Assembly: GCA_011109175.1 (NCBI GenBank)
Contig: RDEW01000096.1
Coordinates: 1 to 64,000 of the forward strand
Reading direction: 5' to 3'
DNA from: Dicyema japonicum
Taxonomy: Eukaryota; Animalia; Dicyemida
DNA: 64,000 bases
Positions 26,419 through 38,454 of the stretch are shown one piece after another. A program made the position numbers and the translations under genes. The notes under the pieces are model-generated. The model saw nothing but the letters and a program-made list of their open reading frames with translations. It made no database searches and had not been told where the DNA came from. Position 1 is the stretch's first letter, and every line of letters starts with the position of its first letter.

Positions 26419-29162
26419 GTAGAATGCGCTCAGTGTAGAATGACATCAAAAAGAACCATTTGCTCTTCCCCACCCAGACTCCTTATGCCTGGATGGTATA
26501 CCTCAACTGACAACTCGAGATGTTGTTTGTTCCCCTGGATTCTATTGCTTTCTGGAGATATTGAACAAAACCCTGGACCAAAACCCTTTGTTTTTATGCA
26601 ACTCAATGCTAACGGTATAAAAACAAAGATTCTGGAGTCACGATGTTTATTATCGAAGCACAAGATTGACATTTCCCTTATCCAGGAGTCAAAACTTTCT
26701 ACAAAGAGTACAACCCCACTTTTTCCTGGATATATCTCTATCAGAAAAGACCGTATCGAACGTGGTGGCGGCTTACTTACCACTATTAAAGACGGTTTAT
26801 CTTTCTACGATGTGAGCTCGCAAGTGGATGATTTAATTCTACACGACAGGACCGCGGAACAAATTTCTATTGATCCTATTAATGGATCAGAACATCTATT
26901 TCTAATCAACATTTACATACCACCGCCGGATCTCTAATAACTATGTTCCGAAGCTTGACAAACTACAAGAAATTCTAACTGTGTTACTATGTGGGGATTT
27001 CAACACCAAACATTCGCAATGGCTCAATATCCAGTCGGCAGACAAGAAGGGGAGTCTAATTATCGACTCTCGAAAAAATGGTGATTCTGAATCACCCGAA
27101 CATCTTTACAAGGACACCAGTCCAAAGAAATGACAACCCAACCTTTCCGACATATCCATTGCTTCCTTTAGGATTTCCCGAAGATTTAATGGAACGTCTC
27201 CTACGATTTTCATAGTGATCATAATCCGATTATATTAAAACTGAGCCGATTCAATAACTCACATAGAATTAAAACAACCTTCAAGGTCTACAAGAAAGCT
27301 GACTAGTCGAATTTCAAGCTCTTCGTTGACCATAACCTAATACATTTGATCCCACCTCATTTTGCTCCATCGACAAAGCAGTGGACCATCTAAACCATGT
27401 AATCCTTCAAGCTGAAAAATTGTTTGTACCACGTGCAGTTTAAAATCTTACAAGCCTACTCTGGACTCGGAGACTTGTCAAACAAAGAAACTCCCTGAAG
27501 ATGAATATCTGCAAACCTGATTTGCAAAATATAAAATGCTTATATCAGATAATTACAAAACTAATCAGAGAAAAGAAAGATGTGGCATGGAACGCCTATT
27601 ATCATCTGTTGGACATATAAAATCCACGAGTCTTTTATGGAAAACTATTCTTCAAATCAATTCAAACTTATTAGATGTATAGAATCTTTTTCTGCTCCAA
27701 ATACTGTGCAAGCTAACAACCCAATGAAATATTACGCATCCATGAGTCACATGGACCTCTCGAAATCCCATTCTTGTCACCTTCAGAATTTAATCAATTT
27801 TTAATTTGTATTCTAACAAGAACGTCATCCCATGCAAATGGAAGAACTCATTTATAATACCCCTCCTAAAACTAGGAAAACCGAAAACCTTACCTTCTTC
27901 TACCGTCCAATTTCATTAACGTGTTCATTATCGCGCCTAATGGAGAAATTCGTACTCTGGAAAATTAAACCCCATTTGCCCGACTGCCACTTTCAACATG
28001 GTTTCAGATATGAGCGTTCAACTACGACACATTTGACTTTACTGTCTCAATTTATATCAGAAGGGTTCAACGAACTGAAACGCCATTTACGGACAATAGT
28101 GATCTCCCTGGACATTTAAAAGGCGTTCGATTCTGTCCCGAGAACATTACTCACGAAAAAGGTTTTTGACACTACCATTCAGCCGGCTTTGAAAAGATTT
28201 TCTCTCCGGAAGAAAAGACGTGTCTGTATAGGCCACGCAAGATCGAGGTCCCGTCTCCTACCAAATGGCGTCCCTCGAGGATCCCCCTCTCTCCGGCGTT
28301 ATTAAATTTATTCCTAAACGATTTACCCTGCCCTGGAGGACCAGATTCAAATGCTTCTCACTTATGCTGACGACCTAGTCATCGCTAGCAGAACAAATAC
28401 GTGGATATGGCAAAATTAGAGCTTCAGTCACATATTGACGACCTGGGAGCCTGGTTGAATTTGAATCGTCTCTCCATATCCAGGGATAAATCAACGTATA
28501 CAATTTTCACCACAGACGAAAAAGAAATTCATACACTGGATTTGAACATTTATAGACTCTTTAACATTACAAATTCATCCAACTATTCTGGGAGTGACTT
28601 TCGACCCTTTGATGACAATTTCTCAACATGTAAAGAACGTCATGACAAAGGGTCTCAAGAAACTAAGTATAATCAAACCGCTCTCAAGTCCAGGCCGTCA
28701 CGGGAATGCGCTGTCTTCTTGTTCAATCAACTTCTAAAACCGACGGTAGAGTATGCTTGTGCCTCATGGGCTATGGAGCTTCAATATCTAATTCATACAA
28801 GATCAACCCTAGCAGGCAAACTTTCACGTCTAACAAATTTACCCCCGATCTTTTTCCCCCAATGGTTGACTACGCCGCAATCAAAAATAACGGCTCCAGC
28901 TTCATCTGTCTGTATGGTCAAAAAACAAATCGTTTTCTTCCATTCAAGGCTAGAGGCCTCAAATACACGAAACCTGGGGAAAAAAAAACCCACCCCTCTT
29001 CAAACTCTAATGAAATCTGATCGTCATCTATTCAGGAAAGCCGTACTTTGAAGGAACATAGGAAAAACCTCTCGATTTTGTTGAGGCGTACCGGGATCAC
29101 TTTATTAGTTGGTTTACTCCTTTTTTCTTAGTGTTCCCTTTTCGGGGTTATTAAATAAATAA
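26419..29162 (+). mobile_element. 2A-bearing APE/RT LINE (I/ingi-like), degenerate, TSD-bounded
   Basis: 15-bp TSD aaatcaaaa(t/c)gaagt at 26404-26418 and 29163-29177; taaataaa tail; LLSGDIEQNPGP then MQLNANG, IQESK, RGGGLL, NIYIPP, GDFN, SDH; RT YRPISLT, QHGFR, YADD. Confidence 0.88.
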
Positions 29163-29199
29163 AAATCAAAACGAAGTACTATGTGAATATTATTCATAA

Positions 29200-30300
29200 A
29201 GCATTTTCAAAACACCTGGATGTTCATTCTGGCAATGGTTGAAGGAATAAATGTCCCGACATTACTATCTTCAATTCTTCAATGGTGCAATCAGTAATTA
29301 GGAAAATGAATAACTCGTCCCCCCGCGGTTCAGATGACATCTCTATTCTCGAACTGAATCACCTGGGTCTTTCCGCGACAGCCGCAATGACATAAATTTT
29401 CAACTTCTCAATTAACGAGAACAAGATTCCGTCAATATAAGAGAAATCACTGATACACCCTATCCTGAAGAAAAAAACAACCAAACTTCCCGTCCCCCTA
29501 CCGACCGGTATCCATCACCTATGCCTTATCACGAGTGTTAGAAAAACTGGTCCTTCTCAAGATCTGTCTTTTCATAGCTCTACAACCTTTTCTACACGGA
29601 TTCTGCAAAAGACACTCAACAACAACTCATTCAACAAAACTGGTTCAATTAATTTTGGACGGCCTGAATACCCCAAATCCACACGAGAATCGTGCTGGTC
29701 TCAGTGGATGTGGAGAAGGCTTTTGACTCAATATCCCGGAAGATCCTTACAGCAAAAATTTTTACGACGTCGATCTACCCTAAGTTCAAATCATGTTTGG
29801 CTAACTTCATCAACGGTCAAATGGGCCAAGTAGTGGCAAACAACCAAAAATCAAAACAGCGATACTTTCCAAATGGAGTTCCACAAGGATTCTTCTATCG
29901 TATACGGATGATCTAGTGGTCGCAGTGAAACATTGAAGAATCTAGGAGGCGACACGATCCATGCAAGACCTACTAAACCAGAAGTGTTTTTGGTTCCTGA
30001 AGAACCGTCCGAATATATCAACAGAAAATTCACATGTAATGACGTTCACCTCAGCACGAAAATAATTACGGGCAGCACCACGAGTAACATTATATGACTC
30101 CCCGCTTCCCATTAAAAAAACCTTTTAAATCCTTGGAGTCATCCTGGATCCTCTACTCACATTTACCTATCAAGTGGACCTAGTAACCGCGAGAATCCAA
30201 AAGAAAATTGGAATCCTCAAATCGTTCACTCACTCTCCAGTATCTTTAGAGCTTATATACAAACAATTTGTTCTACCTAGAATCGAGTAAGCCTGTGCTG
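29200..30300 (+). mobile_element. RT fragment of a related APE-type LINE
   Basis: SSPRGSDDI, YRPVSIT, HGFCKRHSTTT, VDVEKAFDSI, NGVPQG. Confidence 0.75.
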
Positions 30301-31539
30301 CAGTTCAAAAAATATTTTTTCACTGAAAAAGTATTAAAAATATTGTCTTTAATTCTAGACCCTCTGTTATTAACAATATTTTGTGAGTTAAATTTTGGTC
30401 AAAGATTTCTGTTCCTTATCATCCCTTGTATCAGTAGAATAGCATAATGTGATAAATGTCTCAGATGCTATGCAAGGGCTGCTAGAAAAAGGAGCATTTG
30501 GTATTCTTTATTCAACAAGGGTTCCCATGAGTACAAAGTAAAGATAGAATCTTTCCTTTCGCTTGTGCAAATTGGGATTGTGAGATATTAGAAGATCATC
30601 GCGTCTGTGACAGTAAACTGAATACAATTAATTATTAACTTCTTTCTCGGTGATCCGAGGGTTTTAATTCGACCCATCAACTTTGATTTCTAATTTTATA
30701 TTTTTGCAGTTTAATTTTGTTCAAACTCATAAAGATGGAAAATGAGATAACAGTGAATTAGAATTACGTCACATGATCGCATCAAACAAATTGAGGTTAG
30801 ATGTGTCACTATTATTACCTTCTCTTAAAAAATTATCTCTATTACAATTCACAAATGATGATTATTGTCCTGGAACATTCCGAAGTTGTCCCAAACATAC
30901 ATGATTAAGTAAAAATAACTTACATCAAATCAGACATATTGAATAAATCTATAAGGAGTTTGTCTCTAAACACAAACATGGAATCAAAATTACTGATGAA
31001 AGTCACCAATGTGTACTTGTGCAACTGACGTGTGGTAGCATGAAACACATCCTAGATTGGAAAAGGATTCGGAAAGAAACGAGACGACTCACTTGAATAT
31101 AGAGAAATGGGAATAGGATGAGTGGGCTTATAGTTTTTGAAAGTCTCTGTCCTTGTAACAAAAGTAAAGAAAGTGACCAAAGCGTTTATTATCGAATCCA
31201 ATCAGATAACTATTAGAGAATATTATTAAGGAAATCAAAAGATAATGTAAACAGAATTTCACGAAAATGTAAATAATAAAACCACCATAACTAATTCTAT
31301 AAAAAACTATAACTTACGATCTCTGAATGATTCTGTTGCATGTATTATTGAAATGTACTCAAAAATAGAAAAATTATAATTTTTAAGAAAATAATAAAAA
31401 CATAAAACAAATTGGTGACTTACATATCAAAGTTTTGATTATGGGCAAATCATAAGTTATATTAAGAGTAAGTCTAATAGTAACGAAAAATTTCATTAAG
31501 CAAAGCATATTAAATCATTGCTATGAATAAAATGAGCGT

Positions 31540-31805
31540 TCAGGCGTCATTAGTGGGTGGAGGCATCCAGAAGGAGTCATGAGGGATATTGTAGTAAGTG
31601 GCATGTTCAGATCCTGTCGCGTTATTCAAAAAGGATTCCCTGTCCATTTCTGGGTGTAATTGGGACAAGGCCATGAACTGGTCTTCTGAATCGAAGAACT
31701 TTTTCTGTGCACTTTGTCTCTTCTTGAAGTATTGATTATCCAGAAGATTTCCAGTAGTAATTCTAAAATTATTTTTATTAATTTATACGTCGGGTTACTG
31801 GACAT
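31540..31805 (-). CDS. Putative 79-aa orphan protein, two exons (26-nt intron 31763-31788)
   Basis: ATG after an AT-rich stretch; splicing gtataaat...ttttag joins MSSNPT to a stop-free 74-codon exon ending ..WMPPPTNDA*. Confidence 0.5.
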
Positions 31806-32609
31806 TTTTTATAAAAAACGAATTTTGTAGTAAAATATTTTATTAATTTTAAAATTTATAAAAACAAAATTAATTTAATTTCTAATATAACTAAACTCAT
31901 TTTTTTATATCCTATCTAATAATATTTTTATATTTTTACACACAGGTAAATTATAATTTAGCGTAGCGTTGTGTAATTCACCAGTTCTGTAAGTATTGGT
32001 AACGCCTAGAGGGCACCTAATCTTCCTCCAAAGAGAACCATTAAACAATTACCTCAGAGAAAACTGTCTCTTCGGCGGCACGCGCTTTCAACCTCATCTA
32101 TCTGGAAGGAACCTCCAGCTCACCATATATTGGAACTGCTCTCTCCTGGAACTATGAACTAAAAAACATGGAGGTCAAAGCACAAAAACGAGATGGAAGC
32201 ATGTGCTCTCTTCGTTGAATAGAAATATATTTACTACTGAAATTTGGAAGTCCAATCGAGACGCTTCATAGAGGATGAAAGATCATTTGAGGTGGATCAC
32301 AGCCTAAAGGACTTAAATAACCTAATAAAATATTATGTGTAAATATTCCATAAAGACCATAAGAAGTCAGGTGTACTAAACCAAAAAGGATATGATTTAC
32401 TTTACTGAAACGACGTGAGAAATGAATTGAAAGCCATTAAAACAACCTATTCTAACGGACCGGATAAGATCCCAATGATCCTCTTAAATAATCTTGGGGA
32501 TAATTGAATTGTGCATTGACGAGAATATTGAAACACTTTACCCGCATGTGCAGCAAAAGAAACAAGGTTAGCTGTCATCCTTTTACATGCTCCCCTGTTC
32601 CTAGTCAAG

Positions 32610-35200
32610 GCTCTCATGTTGTCCAGGTTGTCGGCATTTTATAGATTTCTTTTGATATTGATCAGGTCTTTTTGCAAAACTATTGGCAGTGTTGTTCTAG
32701 GTCTTCCACGATAGCGGCCTTCTTGACTAACATAGTATGTTTCCATAGATATGTTCGGTGGGGATGTTAATTCCATCCTCAGCACGTGTCCGAAGGGCTT
32801 CCATCGGGATTCCAGTATTTCTAAGCTGATAGGTCTAGTGCTGCATCTCTTATAAAAAGCATTTTTCGATATTCTCGTAGGCCAAGTAGTTCCTGTTATT
32901 TTTCTCAGCTGACCTCTATGGAACGAGTCTAGTTTTTCCATATCCACTGATGAGGTCGCCCAAGTTCCAGCGTTATATAAAAGTACGGGTTTTATGAATG
33001 AGTCCCATTAACTTTCCGGGTTTTTGGTAGAGGTATTCTTCCTTGAGAGACCAATCGAGAACATTAGTGATCATTTTGGCTAGCTCCTTTGGGGCATGTT
33101 TTAAAAGTTTTTCTGGAATACTATCTGGTCTTGCAAATCTTCCGGTGTTCAGTTTTTTGATTGTTTGAAGAGTTTCCGAAACGGTTATTGGGTGCAATAA
33201 AGTGGATTTGTTATGTTTCGATAGTTTCATTGGGTAACCGGTAAATTCATCGCTGGTAAATTCATCGCTGGTAAATTCATCGCGAGGTAAATTCATCCCA
33301 GTTAAATCAAAGAACCACGTGGGCGGGTTTCTAGATAGAAGAGGTAGAAATTTTGATTTTTTATATTATAGTTAAATTGCGATTTTGGAGATTATTCGGC
33401 GATAGGAGTCACGTATCCGTGACGGTAGGACCTATGAAAACTGAAGAGAGAGGACCTATTTTTTCACCTCTCTTCAGAAGTTGACGTATGCCTGCCATGT
33501 ATTATTGGCGGGATCAATTTAGTTGTTACAAGCAGACGTTCTCTTTTGCGTTCCCTCCTTGGATTAATTACCAATGACTGTTTTTGCTAGGCTTACCAAA
33601 GATTGTACGCCTGTGGCTTACAAATAATAAAATAAGACTATTTAAAAGGCATTGCCTATAATTTAGCATTTTAGAAATTAACACAATGTTTTTGTTAATA
33701 ATTGTCATAAACTTGTTTTCTAAAAATTATATTATCATAAATATTCACTTAAAGTTTGACCTTTGTTATTAATCAGTAAGATAATCAATAATTTTTCTAT
33801 CACTTTAACCAATACACACACGTGTGGTGCACATCGTTGATTAAAATTTAACACTATTTGGAGAATTGAGGTTTTCAAATTTCTTCTATCTTGGGGATCT
33901 GGCCACGTGACTCATATCGTCAAATTAATCTCCAAAATTACATTTTAATGATAATATAAAAAATCAAAATTTCGATCTCTTCTTTCAAGAACCCACGTGG
34001 TCGCTTGAATTAACCGGCGATGAATTTACCAGCGATGAATTTACTTCGCGATGAAATTACCAGCGATGAATTTACCGGCGATGAATTTACCTCGCGATGA
34101 ATTTACCAGCGATGAATTTACCAACGATGAAATTACCGGCGATGAATTTACCTAGAACCGTTTCATTGTGTAGTTAATTTCGCTGTGCCAGTTGAATAGA
34201 TGATCAAAATGAGAAGCTATCATATTAGCTTTGTTAACGTTTCCAATGACAGTACAGCTGAGGTTGTTATGGACAGTGATCTGGGCCAAACTCCTCCCTC
34301 CATTAAAGAAGCGAATTGCATTGAACATTTTTGGTCCATCTTTATATTTCTTTATTTCGGAAATTTGATTTTCTGCTTCACTTCTGGCTAGGAATTTTTG
34401 TATTTGTTTGATCTTTGTTAGGACTCTGCCTCTCTGGGTGCGGTGCACTTATATTTTCGGATCGGAGCCTGAGCTCTTTTTGTATTACAGAAAGTCGTCT
34501 TATATCCGGACTGATTTGTTTGTGACTGGGTTTGGGGGTTGAACCCAAAACACTAGAGGCTGCTTTTTGTACTGGTAGATTATTCATAACGTAGTCTCTC
34601 CGTGTCGTATCGTACTGAGGCGATACCTTTGCGTTTTCCATGTATTCCACGAATTCTGTTTTGTATTAGCCGAGCGACAACAGGTTTGTGATTGCTGCTA
34701 GTTTAGAGTCTGCAATATGACCTCGAATTTTGCATGAGTGTCTTCTGATATTGCTTGGAGATAATTTAGTCAATTTGGTTGTATATTCGGATTGTGTTGC
34801 CTGATTTGTCTTTTCTGGTGCCAACCCAAGTGATCTTGTGTATTGGTGAGTGCTTGAAACAAGTATCACATAAGAGTAGGTTGAAGGCCGTGCAAAATTG
34901 TAGTGACTTTCCAGTGAGGTTGCGACGATTCCTTCCGTGTGCTCCAATGCACGTTTCCCTTGGTTTGGTTTTCCAGCCCAATCCAGTCCCCGGCGACAAG
35001 AAGAATGTAAGAAGACGAAAGTAAGTTGTATACATTCGTGAGTAAAGATAAATGCGTCCAGTTCTTCAATATTTGTTGAGACTCGCGCTCCGTTGTGGCA
35101 TATACATTTATAATGGAAATGACTGAGTTGATTTTATATCCGCATTTGATGTTAAATCTAACAGAATTCGAATTTTATTCAAAAAAAGTTGGTTCCTTGA
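32610..35200 (-). mobile_element. RTE-like LINE interrupted by the foldback element at 33233-34159
   Basis: HSPIHKITW, NQID, DSKL; NYTMK|LSKHNK continues across the insertion; GRFARPDSI; LDSFHRGQLR, RWKPFGHVLRM, GRPRTTLP. Confidence 0.85.
33233..34159. mobile_element. 927-bp Mutator/foldback-like non-autonomous element with 9-bp TSD and modular TIRs
   Basis: TSD gtttcattg at 33224-33232 and 34160-34168; both ends start GGT; 4 copies of GGTAAATTCATC at left and 9 inverted copies at right; a further ~125 bp of imperfect inverted repeat lies inside the arrays. Confidence 0.9.
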
Positions 35201-35219
35201 GACTTTTCCTGCCATTTTA

Positions 35220-36340
35220 GCTTTAACTAATTCTTCGAAACGTGGTTTTTTGTTTGCCAGTACAATTCTGAGATCGTTTTATGGGTTTAGTGTTCTTATT
35301 TTTTATATATAGTAGAGATGAAAATCCCCATTCACATAGACAAGTTGTTGCAAATGGAACCAGAACCTGCTTTTTTGCAAAGGTCGGAAACCCAACTTGC
35401 AAACCGCACCAAAAAACTTCCACAGAATTTGAGTTGTAAACATTTTCATTGATGCTTGCATTTCAATCAATAAGCTTTCAAAATGAATGTTGATTTCTGT
35501 TTTAATAATTTTATCAAAAGTGAGTTGGATTCAATAGTCATCCAAGGTTGGAAAATTATTGTCTTGAATACGTCGAGTCCACAACAACAGTTTATTCCTG
35601 AAGGCACGTAGATTGTCAGAAGCATTTATAATACTCATCCCTTTAAAGACTCAACTGGTTAAGATTATTGAAAATGTCACTTAAATATGCCAACAAATAA
35701 CAAAATTTGGAGATTTAAAACTATCAAGTAGTTAGAGTTTTTAATTAAAAATTGCTCGATTTCAAAACTGAGAATAAAAATCTTGTAAAAACACGACCTC
35801 TTGACAGCCATCTAACATAGGTATGATACAAGTGAACAGTGGTGTCAATACATAATGCTTTGAACAATCTATGATTCAAAGCCCTTCCACGAATAAAATT
35901 TACGATTTTGACACACGATTTTAAGACATCTTTTAACTTAATCGGCAGACTTCAATACGAGGTCGATGAAGGATACAGTGAGTAACTGTTGCACCTGGAA
36001 CATGTTTTCTCTAAAGGGCTGCAAACCCCGACCTGTTTCCCAGCATAACTGGAGCACCGTCCGTGCAAATTGACCATATAATTTCCAAGTTTTTCGAAAA
36101 AGTAATTTTTGCAGAGGCTTCCGTTTCGAGAAGTTTGCAAAAAAGAAACTCTTTTGCAAATGAATTTTCTTGTACAAAACGAACAAAGCCAGTTTGACTG
36201 CAATTATCAGCATCAGTATATTCATCCAACTAGATTGAAATCTTGATGCAAGAATTCTTATGTTCGAAACAACTTGCATATGTGTACAAGTAATCATGAT
36301 TTTTAAAATTATTTCTCGCACCCCTAGAGGAAGCCCTGTC
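35220..36340 (-). mobile_element. hAT-Buster (ZBED8/SCAND3-like) transposase remnant
   Basis: QLDEYTD..FVRFV..EFLFCK, SICTDGAPVMLG, VLVPFATTCLCEWGFS; frameshifted and partly deleted. Confidence 0.85.
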
Positions 36341-36395
36341 TTAAACCAAAAATATTAATAAATTTCAACTAATAAAGCAAAAATATTAAGGAATT

Positions 36396-38248
36396 TCATT
36401 CGTCGTTCGTTTCACGTAAAGCTATAATAATAAATACATCAACCAGCAGCCTCCAAAAAAATATCATTTATTTTGTTTATAAAAACAATGAGAAATGATT
36501 TTGCAGCGATTAAAAAGTTTTTGCTAAATTGGGATAATAGACAGAGTGAGTAAGTTGTTTGAATATATTCGTCATAGTTGATAAGTACATCCATCAAGAG
36601 GTCATCGCCAATAGGGGTATATAAATTTTCTATTAAAGCAGCCACACGCTGACTCACATATGACTTAATTTTATTAATCATGTTCTCCGTCAATTCTTCA
36701 ATGTTTTTACTACACACTTTATTCTCAATATCCGTAGATATAGTTGTAACACTGTGATGCATAAACAGAATATCCACGCAAATCTACAATAATTATAAAC
36801 TAACCATTTCTATAGACTTTCTGAGAACGTCCTCATCACATGTGTTAGACAACTCTAATTTACCTTCAAACAAATCACACATCTTTGTGAGTTGTTCTCT
36901 AACAAATTTATGTTGGGACTTTCCAACTTTATATTTATATTCAGTGGTAGTTGTATTTAAATCTAAAAGTCGACAAATCAGTTCGTTTATATCTTTATTT
37001 GCTGATGAAATATCATAGTTCAGTTCACTTAACAACAAGGGGGTAAGTTCTCCAAATATTTTCTTTGTTAATATATTAGCCTTTAGTCTTTGAATGGTAT
37101 CTTTGTACTCCTACTGTGAGTTTTAGATTTACTTTTATTATGTTGGTCTGATTTGGTATTGAGTTGGTAGCTACCATAACAGCTTCACATGCATAGGACA
37201 GAGTTGATAGAGTCTGTGAAATACACGAATCTGATGGGGATATTGTAGCTATGAATATGGTTTGTGAGGAACCACCCAAGGATTCCTTTAATACCCTCGT
37301 CAGTTTGCTCTCCCTTATATAAGTAAAAGTCCCAACCTGTAAGGTATATGCACATCCCCCTTTGCTAGTGAATTAATGACTTTTCCCAATACCAGTAAAC
37401 TTTGATTAATCCTCCCTGCAGTTAAAACATAAATTACCAATATTCTGTCTTTTCATACTACCAGTCCCAAACAAACCCACACAAAATAGTTTACCAATCG
37501 TTTTCTTATTAAAATTATTACCTCTTCTAATCACAGTCACGTTAAATATAGACTGAGACTAAAAAGTAGTGAATCCTCTACAACCTCATTGGCACGTCTG
37601 TTGGATATCCCTCGATGCATTAAAGAGAGGAAATCGCTCTTACTTTTGACATTAAATTCTCTGAGTCCCTTAGTGATGACTTTTCCCTGAGGTTATGAAT
37701 AATACTGACTTTGTTATCCTCAAAAAGAGTGACTTTGTTATTATCGGAGAACAAGTCGAATATTTTTTCATTATAAATCTCCATAAATGACACATTAACA
37801 GAAAGTAAGTTCTAATAATACACAATGCCAACATATCTGTTGTTACTACTCAGTAATAATGACATTGTTCGTGGAATAATGCCAGACAGTTTGGCATCAT
37901 CGATTATACCTTCCATTGTAAATGTCTTTCCTGAACCTGTTTGCCCATATCTCAATTATATAGAATGATTATAACGTGAATATCGTACATGAATGACCAG
38001 ACAGCATTTTATTTATGGCAGGTTTACCAATTGATGTAAAAATATCCCTCTGACTAGAATTCTCATCAAAGACTCTAGAAAATTTGTATGTCTTCACTGA
38101 GGATTTGTGGGAAATTTTAAGCATATTCGTATGTGTTGATACACATATACCCGTTTCGGTTGAATTAAGAGGTCTGAATAGTTAATTATAATTTACGATA
38201 CCTTATTCTCACAAATGAATCAATATTCTTTTTATTAATATTAGACAT
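36396..38248 (-). CDS. Kinesin-5 (KIF11/BimC)-like protein with degenerate switch I/II; about 11 exons
   Basis: Spliced: FVRIRPLN, YKFSRVF, CTIFTYGQTGSGKTFTMEG, GIIPR, VSFMEIYNEKIFDL, VITKGLRE, GRINQSLLVLGKVI, HIPYRESKLTRVLKESLGG, IATISPS, TLSTLSYA, IKEYKDTIQRLK; 21-28-nt GT-AG introns. Confidence 0.88.
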
Positions 38249-38454
38249 AACACAAAAAAGACAATAAGCGCCAATACGTAATTTTGTGTAATAGTTTTTA
38301 TTTATTTAAATTTAATAGTTTAAATTAAATGAATAAATGTAATAGTTTAATTAAAAATTCAACGTGCTTTCGATTCGGTGGCGTTAAAACTCTCTCGAGT
38401 TGGTAAAAATGTTGAAAGGATAAAGGAGAAGAGTCACTTGCGTTACCTGATGGT

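Noticed and set aside
33240-34152. 15/16-bp arrays as a CRISPR array, or the ORF ..RDEFTSDEFTSDEFTG..
   Set aside because: The units are contiguous with no unique spacers, and they form inverted TIRs with a TSD; the peptide is a by-product of the repeat.
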